Part shown: piece by piece, positions 1 through 12,902 of the stretch | How positions within the stretch are numbered: position 1 is the first letter of the stretch | Layout: each line of letters opens with the position of its first letter | From: Chara braunii | Lineage: Eukaryota > Plantae > Charophyceae | Length of the DNA: 64,000 nucleotides | Direction: 5' to 3' | Assembly (NCBI GenBank): GCA_003427395.1 | Contig: BFEA01000046.1 | Coordinates: 2,685,644 to 2,749,643, forward strand | Notes under the pieces: model-generated | What the model saw: only the letters and a program-made list of their open reading frames with translations | Databases searched by the model: none | What the model was told of the DNA's origin: nothing | Position numbers and translations under genes: made by a program

Positions 1-2056
1 AACACAAACACAAACACAGACACGTTGTCGCGCGCGGCGGTCCCGCAACCCAATGAGACCGCTGAACCTCACGGTCGTGTCACGCAGGATTTATTTTCGT
101 AGAACAACTCGTCACCACTCCAACCGTGCGCGCGTGCTACACCTCTCACGACGCCCTGCGACAGATCGGGACGTCGCGAGGTACAACTTACCTCTACCCG
201 AGGGGCTGTCACCACCCTCAGGTAGGCGTATCCCTGCTGAGCTACAGACCCACGTATGAAGGTTTTTACATGCCTGAACAGAGGTAGGTCGGCCGAGGGC
301 GTTTGCTCGATCGCTGTAGCATGAAAATGGGGTACGCGCGGTAAGACGCCTAGGACTGACCCGTTAGATATTCAGGTCGAACTTTGAGATGGTCGTCTAT
401 TTCCGCTTCTGTTCCAAAAACACACTCCTTCTGATTACTATGTTCAACGTATCAAAACCCTATCACTACCAAAGATAAACTATTATACTCAATGTATGAC
501 TGATCATCAGATAATATATAAGACTTAATTATGAATAGTGAGGTATTACCGCTGAGAACCCTTCCCACTTTCACAAGTGTTGAGTGTCCAAACTCTTCAC
601 GGTGTCAATTCCAGTCCAACCCAAATCATGCACAAAACAGACCTGCACAACATAATGCAAAGACAGTTCACATGCCATGCATTAACGGCGTCAACCACCA
701 ACCACTGACATTGTCCCTCACTCCCCAAACCATGCATGACAGCTCTATCTTTCCTGGGATGCAAGCCCAACACCCTCACATTTATTCAAAGGACCCTTGA
801 GAGTGACCAGCACCATTTAGGCGATGACCACAGGTGACAGTTTTACTGACCATAGGGTTTGTTTTTGGATGTAGGTGCCAAGTCAAAGTGGAAAGAGTTG
901 AATCGGCAACGACCGACCTGTTATCGAGTGATAACAGAAAATTGAGTCCTTTATGTAGAACTCCTCCTTCAACTGCAGTAGACCAAAGCAAAGACCTACA
1001 CACACACAGGTCAACAATGATTCAACATCCCCACTTCATTCCCACATAATGATGTCTAAGGATCAAACCCTTAGATCCGGTTTGTGAACTCTGGGATCAA
1101 CATCCCAAAGTCTAACCAATAACTTCTATTTACTCTGAGCCGTCTGTCACACCTCCTCATTTTATTTTAAGAAGTTTCTTGCCTATGTCCTAAGTCCTCT
1201 TAGGGAAATTCATATTTCCCCTACTTTCAGTCCTTTCATTCTCTCTCTCGCGGATAAGCACACCCTTTGATGCTTTATGCGGTAGTCTGGCTGAGATCAA
1301 CTCAAACCAGTGGCGTATTCTACGATGAACTGCGGTTATACGGGGTGTCTTCTTTCTCTAATTCATTTTCCCCACGGTATTCACTTTCTTTTAGGTTCCT
1401 ATTAAAGGACTTTTGGAGTCGCTCCCGATGGAGCACTCCCTTTTTCCTTTCTCTTCTTCTTATCTTGGCATACGCAAGTAGTAGGCTGATTCACCTGGGA
1501 ATCTTTCACTACTTAATCGATTCCAGACAATCTGTTAGTCAGAAGAGTAGTCGAGTCGACCCACGAGAGCACTCAGTCTCCCCTCAATGTCCATGAAGTC
1601 CTCGTACAACCAAGCAGTTCAAGCATTATAGTGCGAGCGATCGGATAACTCACCCGGGAGTATCCCTTTATTAGTTAAACAGGTAGTTAGGAGGTCTATG
1701 TTGAGCCGTCTCAACACTTGACCCAACATTCAGAAAACACTCTAGATCCAAATGTCAATTCTAAATCAAAGTTAGTAACAGGCGGTCTTCACGGATGCCT
1801 CCTATTACTGCTTGATTCAGAGCTCAGTCTTTTCCTCAAAAGTGTAGTAGGACGACCCTACGGGAGTCACCCTACGACTTAATTAGAGTCAGACGAGCTG
1901 GGATTATGTTAATGGACTCAGGCAGACACCAGATCCTCCTTTAACAGGAGTATCTTACCCGGTCTGTTAAGGTGAGGTTAGAGAAATAGCGGGATGACCC
2001 CACGGAAGCCTCCCATGTCCTTCTTCAATGTTAATCAGGTGGATTGTTTATATCGT

Positions 2057-3360
2057 ACATTAGTCATACCTGAACAAGTCCTAAGGTTACTCACCCAGGA
2101 GTATCCCTCTACTTGTTCAACATAATCGCCTTACTTTTCCTTCCATTAGTTGACCTCCAAATCAAACAAGTGTTAGGATAACCCACCCGGGAGCCATACT
2201 ACCACCAGTTTGATGCATAGGAGATTAAAAACAAGTCTTAATTGAGTTGCCCTGACAGTTCACCTATCTGGCCTATGCGTTGTAAGTGAGCAAAAGGCAT
2301 GTTGACTCCCACGGGAAGTCGGATAGATCGACCCAGACTTAGGAGTTCGTACACTCACCCGGGAGTACTCGAATTCCTCCCCAGTCTGGTTCGATTAGTG
2401 ATAGGAGAGCTTCACGGAAGCCTCCTGCTACCTTTTGCCTTTGTTAGCTTTTGAAGACGAGTACCCTACGAGAGTACTGGATCAATTGACTTTCGTTAAG
2501 TTGAAAAAGTGTACCCCACGAGAGTACCGGATCAGTGGTTGTTGTTAAGCTAAAGAAGCGTACCCCACGAGAGTACCGGGTCACATGATTGTTGTTAAGT
2601 TTGAAGAAGTGTACTTCACGGAAGTACCGGATCACATGATTGTTGTTAAGTTTGAAGAAGTGTACTTCACGGAAGTACCGGATCAAATTGATTTCGTTAA
2701 ATTTAAGGAATGTACTTCACGAAAGTACCGGATCAGTTTGACTTTGTTAAACTGAAGGAATGTACTTCACGGAAGTACCGGATCAATTTGACTTTGTTAA
2801 ACTGAAGGAATGTACTTCTCGGAAGTACCGGATTAAAAAGACGGTTGTCAATGTAACTTGCTTGTTAATAGGGAAGATGCACGGCATCTTCCTGTTACCA
2901 ATGTCAGAGTCAACCAATCATTATACCAATTTGTTTACTTTAGTTAGGTCATTAGTATCAAACGATGCCAATCCATTAGTCCTACCAAAACAAGTAGCAG
3001 GGTTACTCACCCGGGAGTATCCCTTTTACTTGTCCAAGCACAATCAACTCATTCTTTTCTTGTTAGTTATTCCCCAGATCAAACGAAGTATTAGGATAAC
3101 TCTCCCGGGAGCCACCCTAATACCAGTTCGATGTGTGGGAGATCAAGACCACTTTTGGGTTAGTCGCCCTGATCGTTCATGTATTCGTTTATGTATTAAA
3201 TTGAGCAAACGATATTGTTGACTTACACGGAAGTCGCACAGATCGGCCTAGACTTTAGGAGTTCGTGCACTCACGCGGGAGTACTCAATTCCCATCCCAA
3301 GTCTAGTTGGATCAGTGATAGGAAAACCCCACGGGAGCCTCCAATTACCTCTGCTTTCGT
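2057..3360. repeat. Diverged ~390-bp direct duplication (2057-2440 and 2973-3360)
   Basis: Shared collinear blocks: cattagtc..ggttactcaccc.ggagtatccct..tacttgt, ttaggataac, tgttgact..cacgg, cagact.taggagttcgt.cactcac, agtgatagga. Confidence 0.85.
2455..2835. repeat. Tandem minisatellite, 8 units of ~50 bp, each carrying one GTAC..ACG..GTAC hairpin
   Basis: Cores at 2461, 2511, 2560, 2611, 2662, 2712, 2762, 2812. Confidence 0.95.
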
Positions 3361-4375
3361 TAGTTGCTTGAAAACGTGTACCCCACAGGAATACCGGACT
3401 AGTCATTGCTTTGATTAATCACATGAAGACATGTACTCCACGGGAGTAACGGATTAGTATTGGATTTAGCTGGTGAGTCAAGAGAGAAGATGCACGACAT
3501 CTTCCTGTCATCAATGTATGCATGTCAAAAGTTAACTAGTTAGGTAGATGGCTGGGTAGTTTGCACGACGAGTACCCTTTTAGTCATTCCATGCAGGCAG
3601 TTTGACGACCCCGATAGAGGCCTCCATTATACTGCCTTTGTTTTTCTTAAGACCATGCAGGCTAAGTTCCTTCTTGGTTCTTTCCTGGGTTCCTTTTCTG
3701 ACATCAGGCACATTCTAATTTCAATCATATAGCTCTTTTGCTTTTGGTGTTTTAGTCCTGAAGAAAGCCATAAACAATATATCGTACAATCATACAAGCA
3801 GACAATAGAAGGGTGTAGCCTTTAAGGGTATATGGGAAAAGAATGAAGCGTGCGTACCTTAAGGTTCCCTGCCTTCAGAGTTCCTCCTGAACTCTGACAG
3901 AGCTCCCACAATCGCCCTGTTGTCTGTTTGTTTGAGTATTTTTTTTCATAGAGTAGACTTCCCAAAAGATATCGTATCTTTTCATATAAGTGTGAAAGCA
4001 AAAGGAAGTAAGGGGATTAGTTTACAGGAAAATAGGGAAGGATGGAGGAGGTAGGTACCATCACACGGTGAAGAGACCCCTCTCCTCTCCATTACCCCTT
4101 ATCTCCTCAAATCTGATCTTTCCCACTTCCTTTGACATCAATCAATCAAGGAACCGCAAGATAGTGCTTACGAGTAAGAACGACAATAATGATCACAATA
4201 ATAACCTCGGATAAATATGGAGTAGTGAAGAAAAAGCGGTTCAGGTACAGGGAGATGAGAGAAGGATGGAGGAGGTAGACACCATCACACGGTGACGGTG
4301 TCCCTTTCCTTTACAGTGCCCTGCTTCCTCTCCTTCCCTGGCCCATGATGCTTAATATCAAGAATAAGCATAATC

Positions 4376-4448
<73 letters not shown>

Positions 4449-4719
4449 TAAAGAGTATATTCATAGAATGCCAACTGCGAAAATCAATAGATGCCTAATT
4501 AAGGCATGCATGAGTATAGGGTGCACATTCATCGAGTATCTATCCAAAAATAGAGCAATATAATTAAGTAATGAGCCAATGTTCACCCCCGTAGGCCATA
4601 TTGTCACAATATCTGGGGTCACTCCTTACTGTTGAGTGCCCGTAGGTTGTAATAGATCTGTCGTCGGAAGGACCTAGCGGTTCCTAAGATTCGTAGTTGT
4701 TACAACCCATGGAATATCA

Positions 4720-6155
4720 CGATCGTGGCTGCTATAGCATCGAAGGTGAAGTGCACAGACTTCCGGAACATCCGAAGGTGACCCTTCAACCGTTGTTCAC
4801 AGCAGACTAGAGGCAAGTGGGTAGTGGTAAGTTTATCCTTGCTGAGTCAGCGGTACCCAATCCCCGTCTCGGTTAGTCCAGTCAGCAAGTATCGCGCGGG
4901 ACAGTGTACACTTAGGGCCGGCGGGAATGAGGCAGACCAGCCACAAGCAGAGGTAAAATCAAGAGGCAGCGCTCAACCATTCATTCATTGCTGCGTGAGC
5001 CACACGAAAGTGCTGCCTCAACGACATATGCGAGGTGGTCTGCAGATCCCCGGGGATGAAGTGGGCTTGAAGGTGAAAGTGATGACTGTGGTAGCTGCTA
5101 TAGCCGTTAGTGATTGATAGTGGCCGTAACCATCTGCAGCGAGTTGACACTCGAATGGTGTTCTCAGTTGCCATATCTCTGAGTTTTGAGTGGACGCTTG
5201 TCGCCAGTTCGTTGTGCCACCGGTCTGCATGTGAGTGGTGTGAATACGAAAGCTAGGCTGATTGCAGAATAACAATAGTAATATTAATGATAACAATAAT
5301 AGTAATAATAATAATAAAAATATAATAATAATAACAACAATGATAATAATAATAGTACTAATGAAATGGTATTCACGAGTTCGCAACAGCTGATGTAGAT
5401 TCCAGGGCTTGACCCATAGTCCCCACCTTCCTTGTGTACAGTGTCTGTGTTGACCCTTAAAGTTGGATCCGTGACCTGTGTATTTGTAACAGTTGATAGG
5501 TCGTGGCTACTATAGTCCAGAAAGGTCAAAGTTGTAGCTGCTATAGTTCCGAAGGGCCCGAGTGGCAGACTTCGGGAAGATCCGGGAGCGGACCTTAGGC
5601 AAGCGGGCAAGTGGTGGGGTCTACCCGTGCTGATTTGACAGTCCCAGTCTCAGTCAGTCTTAGTTCAGTCAAGCAAGTACAACATGAGACTCTATGCACT
5701 ATGGGCATCGAAAAGGAGACCAACGAGCTGCAGTCGTACAAATCACGAGGCAATGCCCTGCCATTTCATCCAATCTCGCGTGAGCTGTTCGGAAGTGCTG
5801 CTACAACGACTTTGCGCAAGGAGGACTGCAGTGAACGCGGAGGACACAGTGGGCGAGAGAGAAGGAGCTCAGTGTATCGATAGGGTAGAGACACCGATAG
5901 CCATAGTTTGGAGTGAAATGTGCGAGTGCGTATGTGCGAGTGTTCAAAGCTGCGCTTGGGATACCCGGGGTGATCCGGTGTGTGAACAGGGAGTTGTTAG
6001 GGGGTTGAGCCGCCCCAGTCAATTGAAAGCGAACTTCTTATCTGGGTATCATATCTCTGAGTAATGACAAGGCGCATGCCGCCGTTTGCTGTGCTGCTGT
6101 ATACCCGTATGAAAAGTGTGAATGAGACGAGTCTGATCAAATAATAAAATAATAA

Positions 6156-6197
<42 letters not shown>

Positions 6198-7187
6198 TCA
6201 AACGAGCAATAGCGACCCTCGGCAATCAATCAGCATCATACAGATGCGACCAGTTAGTCTGGACCTCGAACCAACAACAGAGTTGCATCACAAGTTTCGC
6301 CAAATAAGAGCACAGCAAAGGCTCACCCGTGACAATGTTGGAATAACCTCGTCTCACCATAAACAAAGAACCAATGTCAATTTCCTTATCGGGCGTTCAG
6401 CGCCCAGACTTACAGATGGCAGATCCTATCTGGAATAATCTCAATGCCGTATGGTGACAACAGCGTTCCCTAAGTACGAGCTTACAGTGGCCAATGCCGC
6501 ACGCTTTGCTGCATTCTCAACCTCGTTCCCAAACACACTGATACCGCTAGTACCCAAGGACCCCCATGCCTCTAATAATAATAATAAAAATAAAAATTAT
6601 AATAGTAAAAATAATAATAATAATAATAATAATAATAAGAATAAGCAACAACAAGATGGCAACTCCAGACCACACCATCACACTGAAAGCCAGATAGTCA
6701 CATTGTGTCCAGAGAGTAACATTGGGCCAATAATACACCAATGGAGGTCCGTAGTACTGAAAAACCAAAGTCAAGGAGAGCATGCTCTCACGACACCGAC
6801 ACGAGAGCCCAGCCTCTTCGCCCTTACACTTGGCGTTCATCGCCCAGCCTACTTATCCTATGAATTGACAATGCGTGTGTCGACATCAGTAGCAGCCCGA
6901 AGTACTTGAAGATGTCGCCCATATTGCCAATACAAGGTAAGTGCCCTCACATCACCCTCATCATCATCACGCCGGACTAATGTCGACATCCTATCTGGCG
7001 TTCGGTGCGCAGTCCACAGGTGGCGGATCCTATCTAGCCTAGACTACTATGCCGCTGAGGATGTCAACAGATTCCTAAGTACGAGCGTGTTTCGGCCAAT
7101 GCCGCACGCAACAGACACCAGGTATGTTTCTCTCTTTTCTTACAACCTCCATCCCCAACTCATAAATAATAATAATAATAATAATCA

Positions 7188-7251
<64 letters not shown>

Positions 7252-7600
7252 GTAATAATAATAATAATAATGATTATGTACGGGAAAAAAAAAACAAAAA
7301 AAACGAGCAATAGCGAGCTTTAGAAACCAAGGAACATTATACTCACACTGCCGGATAGTCGTGACCAGCAGTAGAATGGCATCACGAGCTTCACCAAATA
7401 AGAGGACACCCAAAGCTCAAAATTAACTATGCTGGAATAGTCTCATCATCATCATCAACGAAGTATCAATGTTGATATCGTATCTGGCACTTGATACCCA
7501 GACTATGAATGGCAGATCCTATCTAGCCTAGGCTATAATGTTGCTGCTGATTTCAACAGCTTTCCGAAGCTCGAGCAGATCTCGACCAATACTGCATTCA
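4720..7600. repeat. Diverged duplicated modules separated by (AAT)n tracts
   Basis: 4720-5280 resembles 5530-6140 (gctgctatag..gaagg..cagactt, aaatca.gaggca). 6200-6570, 6980-7110 and 7300-7600 share ggc.gatcctatct; 6200-6570 and 7300-7600 also share gagcaatagcga and caaataagag. Confidence 0.7.
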
Positions 7601-7687
7601 TCATCATCAGGTACGTCTCTCGCATCACTCACGATCTTGATCCCAACACTGATGCCATGTGGACCCTTCCTTAGGTATGTGTCCTCA

Positions 7688-7718
<31 letters not shown>

Positions 7719-8580
7719 TCCCCCTTCTTTTCTCCTTTCTCTCATTTCTCTCTCCTTTCTTCGATCTCTCTCATTTCCTCCTTCTCTCTCCCTCTCCGAT
7801 TTTTCTCCTCTCCTTCTCCCTCTCTCTCTCTCTCCCTACATCCTGTTGCATACTATAAAGGTACAGACTAGAACAAGAACTGACTTCTCAATACAAAGTA
7901 CAAGATAGCGTGGCGGGAGACTTAAATACCAATGATCCGAACAATCAATATTGCGATGCATCCCTAACATACTTCATCATCGTTCCATAGTGTGAAGGGG
8001 CCTGACGCTCGTACACAAAGAATGCGCCAGTCCCCGCCATACACAGGCAAAGAGAAGGGGGGTCAGACGAAGGAGAGGAGAAGTTGGGAATGTCGTCAAC
8101 ACCAGATCCCCGTCCTAATGTCTGAATCCCAATGTCCAGTCCGGATCCAATGTCGTTGAGTCTCCGAGCCATAACTCTCTCTCTCTACTAACTCCTTCAC
8201 ATACATTCATACTCACACATTCAGGCGGTAGTGTATCTATACATGCTTTAGCGGTAGGTTCATACCATTTATTTTATTTAGTTATTTATTATTATATCTA
8301 TATATATTCATATATATGTATATCATACCTTTGATGGAGGTTGCGTGCAAATGCCTTGGTAGGAGCTCACATGCACGTATGCATATACACACTCCCACAT
8401 ACACACTCACACAAACACACTCAAACAAACACATCTTTGATAGGATGTGTAAAACGGAATGAATCTTCCGCTGAAACGTGGAAATATACACTATCACTTT
8501 TCTATTTGCAAGTTCTATCGATCCAAGGAGCGTGCGGCGAATCACGGTTAGCTGTTGGCCAAGGTCGGGGACTCCATCGT

Positions 8581-8650
<70 letters not shown>

Positions 8651-10271
8651 ACATTCCCGTTGGCGAGCCGGGGCAAAGACACGACAGCGGGTGAGCGCAA
8701 GTGGAGAGATTCATCGACTTTGTCTCTCCTCTCGGAGGGAAAGCGTGACAGCGGCCGGCGCAAGCGGCGGTGTACATTTCCAAGTTGTAACGGGAGTTTC
8801 ATTCGATTTTATCTCGGATCGATTCGCTCTCACACTATTCCTCTCTTTTTCCGCTTCTTTCCTACTCCCTTCATGCGATTCTTCCTTCTCTCTATGTCCA
8901 TGTTTCTTAGGTACGTTGCCCGATAGTCTTCCTTCTTGTGCGCATCCTCCCTATGGGAACACCATGAAGCCAAATCATGGAGTCGACACACTCACGCACT
9001 CCTTCCCCTCTAAGACGTGTTCAACCTACACATTTGATCATGCATCTCTCCCCTACAACGTTCAGTCTTTCTCATACGTACTTAGTTGAAATCGTAGTCG
9101 TGAATAAAAAATAACAAACAATAATAATGATAAATAATAATAATAATAATAGTAATAGTAATAATATAAGAAAATGAATATATACTTTGCATTTTCGTAA
9201 CCGGATTTATTCGGAACGAGGGGAGTGTTGTGTTTGATCCAATCCCCCATTCGAAGTAGCCCTTGCTCCTACTTATGCAAAGGTGACGTACATCCCCTTA
9301 TTTTGGGGAGGGGGAGAAGATTCATTCACTCCACCTTTCCGTTGGTGGAAGTGACCGAAAGTCGAAATGAGATCGACGCTGACTTGTTCATACACAGGTA
9401 CTCGCACACTCGTATATACATCTCCGCAGTGGTAGTAGTAGTAGTAGTAGTATAGACACCCAAGATCCCGAGACTTACCTGTCTTTTCTCTATTCCTCTT
9501 CTTCGTCGTTGCCGTAATCGCCGTCGTCGTCGTCGTCGATGTCACTATCGTTGGTCTTATGCTCGCTGTCTCGCAGGTAAGTGCTCCATCACCTTCGCTT
9601 TCTTTCTCCTTCCTCTTCTTCTCCTTTTTCTCCTCCTTCTCTCTCCTCTCCTCCTCCTTCCTTCTCTTCTTCTTCCTTTTATCTCCCCTTTTGGTGGTAC
9701 TTCGTCCGTCTCCCGCTTACCATCTCCTATGCATGCTACCACCGCGCATCCTAACGAGGCCGGGCCGATGACGAGGTTACCTTACGAGTTCAATGGCAGT
9801 GATACGGCTAGGTAAGCACCGTTTTCCCCACCTTCTCCTTTCTTCTCCCCCTCACCTCTTCATTTTTCTTCTTCTCTTCCCTCTTTTCCTCCTTTTTTCC
9901 TTCTCCTCCTCACGTTCTGCTATCTTTGCGCGATCTCCCGCTTCTCGGCTTACTCGCGATATCCCCTCTTCGCCTCCGAGCACTTTTTTTTTTTTTTTTT
10001 TTCCCTTTACTCCTAGTCCGTTGTCCCCCGAGTCGGATTTCCGCGGCGTCGTGCTGTAGCCTTACGTGGCTAGCTCGTCTGGGATCCCAACTCACTCCTT
10101 GACTGAACCTACTGTGATCTCAGCGGTAGATTCACTCAGGCGAGGTTATGTGGGATTTCTGACCACGGGGCCTAAAAACGAATTTCAAATCTAACTAAAA
10201 GAAAAAAATAAAAGAAGAGAAAAAAAAGAAAACAAAAAGGATCTAACTCCTAACTACCCCGTCGTGGCAAC

Positions 10272-11150
10272 TGTCACAATGGGGTATAGTCGTACCTAAT
10301 TTCAATTTCGAAGTCACGGGATCGAATCCCGCCTATCTGTGGACGGGCGAAAAAGGTAGGCCCCGCCCCCTTATGCTAGCAAAAGGAGCTAGCCTGGAGG
10401 CAGGTCGGGCTTGATACCGAGATTTTTTGCATATCAGTCAGTACCTATACCTACTGGGCTAGCTCCGTGTTTGGTTCTATTAAGAGCTAGTCTGCCCTAA
10501 GTAGAGTACAGGGCTTAGTTCAGCCAGTCCATAAGGCCTGCGGCCTACCGTAAGGGAAATCCAGACCATTGTAGGCCATCGCAGTCTGTTACAGCAGGTT
10601 GTGCCCCTTTTGCCTAGTCGCCCCGGCCACATGGTCACGGCTTTTACTAACTTTTACCTTTATTTTATCCTGCGGGGAGCGGTTTCCCGCCCCGCTTTTT
10701 CCGATATGCTCGACGTCTGTGGTCTTGAGCTGAAATGGTCATACTTTCCCAGTCGTTAGCTTGACTGAGGAAAATCGTCGCCCCGTCCCGCGCGATCTTT
10801 TCCGTTTTAACTAACCCTCCGTCCTTAATGGTCGGAGGTCTTACTTACTAACCATTTTGCAGTCTCCGTTCGTGTCGGAATGGCGTGCGGGGTCATTTCA
10901 TTTACTAACGATTGTCGTCTTTGCATGTTCTGCGAGTATTCGAAATTTTCAACCTCCGACTCTTGTCCGCGTGTGCCGTGTTTTGGCCTTTGCGGTTTCT
11001 AACTTTCATGACCATAATGGCCGAGGGTTTTACCCCAGTTTCTGTTTTTAGCCGACCCCATTCTAACAGTTGGTGTCGACATTGTATCGACTGTAAAATC
11101 ATGAGCGGATACCCTTGTAAGGGTATCAGCTCCGACAGTCTTCCAAGACC
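10272..11150. repeat. Candidate LTR or LTR fragment starting TGTCACA; right end undetermined
   Basis: TGTCACA terminus sits at an imperfect palindromic junction; no paired copy in the window. Confidence 0.3.
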
Positions 11151-12902
11151 TCATTAAGCGACGTCCCTGTCACTGGGGAATCTAAATGCAAACAAAGGCA
11201 TTCTGACGCGATAAGTTGTCAAAATCCGATTTCCTGGACAAAGTTGTGGCTTGAAGACCCTTACTATCTCCCTTGGCGCGTCCATACTGCCAGAATTTCA
11301 ACCTGGGTCTCCCACATACCAACAATTGCAATACCAAAGAAATATTATTCCATATGACTTAAAGTAGGGATACTGGATCTGTACTACAGTTACAAAGGTC
11401 ACCAAGGAAGATAATGATAGCCTCTCCCCTCCACTTTAGACTTTATTGCCAGGATTTCATTGGGTGTCCGAGGAGTTAGGAATCATAAATGCATCTCACT
11501 CTTTTGGACGAGGTTCTCAACCTAAGTCAATTTTTACCGTCCCACCCGAAGTCTAATGCGAGGGGATCGACAATCTTGGTCTCAACCCACCACAATCGAT
11601 TGATCAGGCCTGATCTGTGGCCCACCATGTTTGTTAATCTAATGGTGGTACCTGTATTGGTTACGCAATACAGGATGATTACCTCCTATCAAATATCTAC
11701 ACCTGACTCTCGATCCCCCCGATATCTACCTGAACTTGATACTATCATTAGGGAATCTTTCCCTTTAGGTTTAGTCCCATGCCGTAATCGGAAGGTCCGC
11801 TGCCTGGTTATACTTGGTCAGCAGCCCACGCTGGGAGTTACATCCCAACGATGCCAATTTTCCACCATAGGCTTGGTAATTTTAAGTCCCTCATACTAAC
11901 CTCCATAAATGGATGAACGATGATTATTTCAAAAATACACATATGAAATTCAAATTTGACCAGATAAAATTCATCTCCCCTGGTCAGTTGTCTTTGAATG
12001 GGTGAACAAACCCATTGAATATATATATACGAAAGAAGCAATATCAATAAGAATGATTCAACATGATTGAAAAACTTGTCTCTGATCGAGGGGCATTGTC
12101 AGAGTCACTTAGGGGCCGTGCCTACCAGACCTCGATCACAGGCTGGGTAGGCACACGTCCCGGGGATCTTTTTCAAATAGAAAAGCCAACCAAAATATCC
12201 ATAATGAAAACAAAAGTATGTGTTTGACCCTTTGTCTTGTCAGAAGGCAGAAAAAAAACATTCATTCCATTCATAACATACATCTCCCTGATTCACAAGG
12301 CTTTCTCAAATGTAAGATAACTTTGACTTTTCCATACCCCTTTTTGGGGTCTGCTTCAAAAATAAACATCAATGACTCATCATAGTGCAAAACAACTTTC
12401 AAACTTTGCAAATCTTATTTCAGTTACTCTTGTCACTCTTGAACACTTCGGCGCTTTTCTGAGCATCCTAGTTCAAGATTTGACAAGATAGACTGCACAT
12501 ACATCTAAAGTACACATTTTATCCACAAATATCAAACATTGGACCAACTCAATTGTGAAAGTGCAAAGTGTTCAAGTTCTCCATAGGTAAACCTCGCAAG
12601 TAACTTAGGATAGAGAAACTCAACTGAATACAAAAGTATATGTCCAAAATTGATCCAGACGGATGCACAGATCCTTAAGATAGAAAGAAAATCATACGTT
12701 TGACCTACCCTCAACTACTAGAGCACAAAAATGTCGAGTCAGAATAATATACATGATCCTCAAATCTTAGTACTATACCTAGACAAAAACACTCCATCCG
12801 ATGCTCGCAAGAGGAGTAAATACCAACCTCACCATACTGCCTTCTTCACCCTCAGTCCCTAATATACAATGCCTGTCTAAAAGGAATGAAAACTGTTTTA
12901 TT

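Larger units (their letters stand above)
1550..4302 (-). repeat. Dispersed array of ~30 hairpins with C(ACG)G or C(CCG)G loop and variable stems
   Basis: Examples: GTACTTC-ACG-GAAGTAC (2611, 2662, 2762), GAAGATGC-ACG-GCATCTTC (2873), TAGGAG-A-GCTTC-ACG-GAAGC-CTCCTG (2402), GACACCATCAC-ACG-GTGACGGTGTC (4278). Confidence 0.85.
78..10269 (-). mobile_element. LTR-retroelement-derived, apparently non-coding (LARD-like) segment A
   Basis: Begins with TGTCA at 78; ~110-355 aligns by eye with ~49320-49565, which also follows a TGTCA (49288). No gag/pol motifs in the ORF track. No matching second LTR or TSD found. Strand inferred from G-U wobble bias in its hairpins. Confidence 0.4.

Noticed and set aside
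2455-2835. CRISPR array with palindromic repeat
   Set aside because: The intervening sequences are homologous to each other, so this is a tandem minisatellite.
7914-7935. tRNA-Met primer binding site (minus strand TGGTATTTAAG)
   Set aside because: Only 6 nt match TGGTATCAGAGC and no paired LTR supports the boundary.
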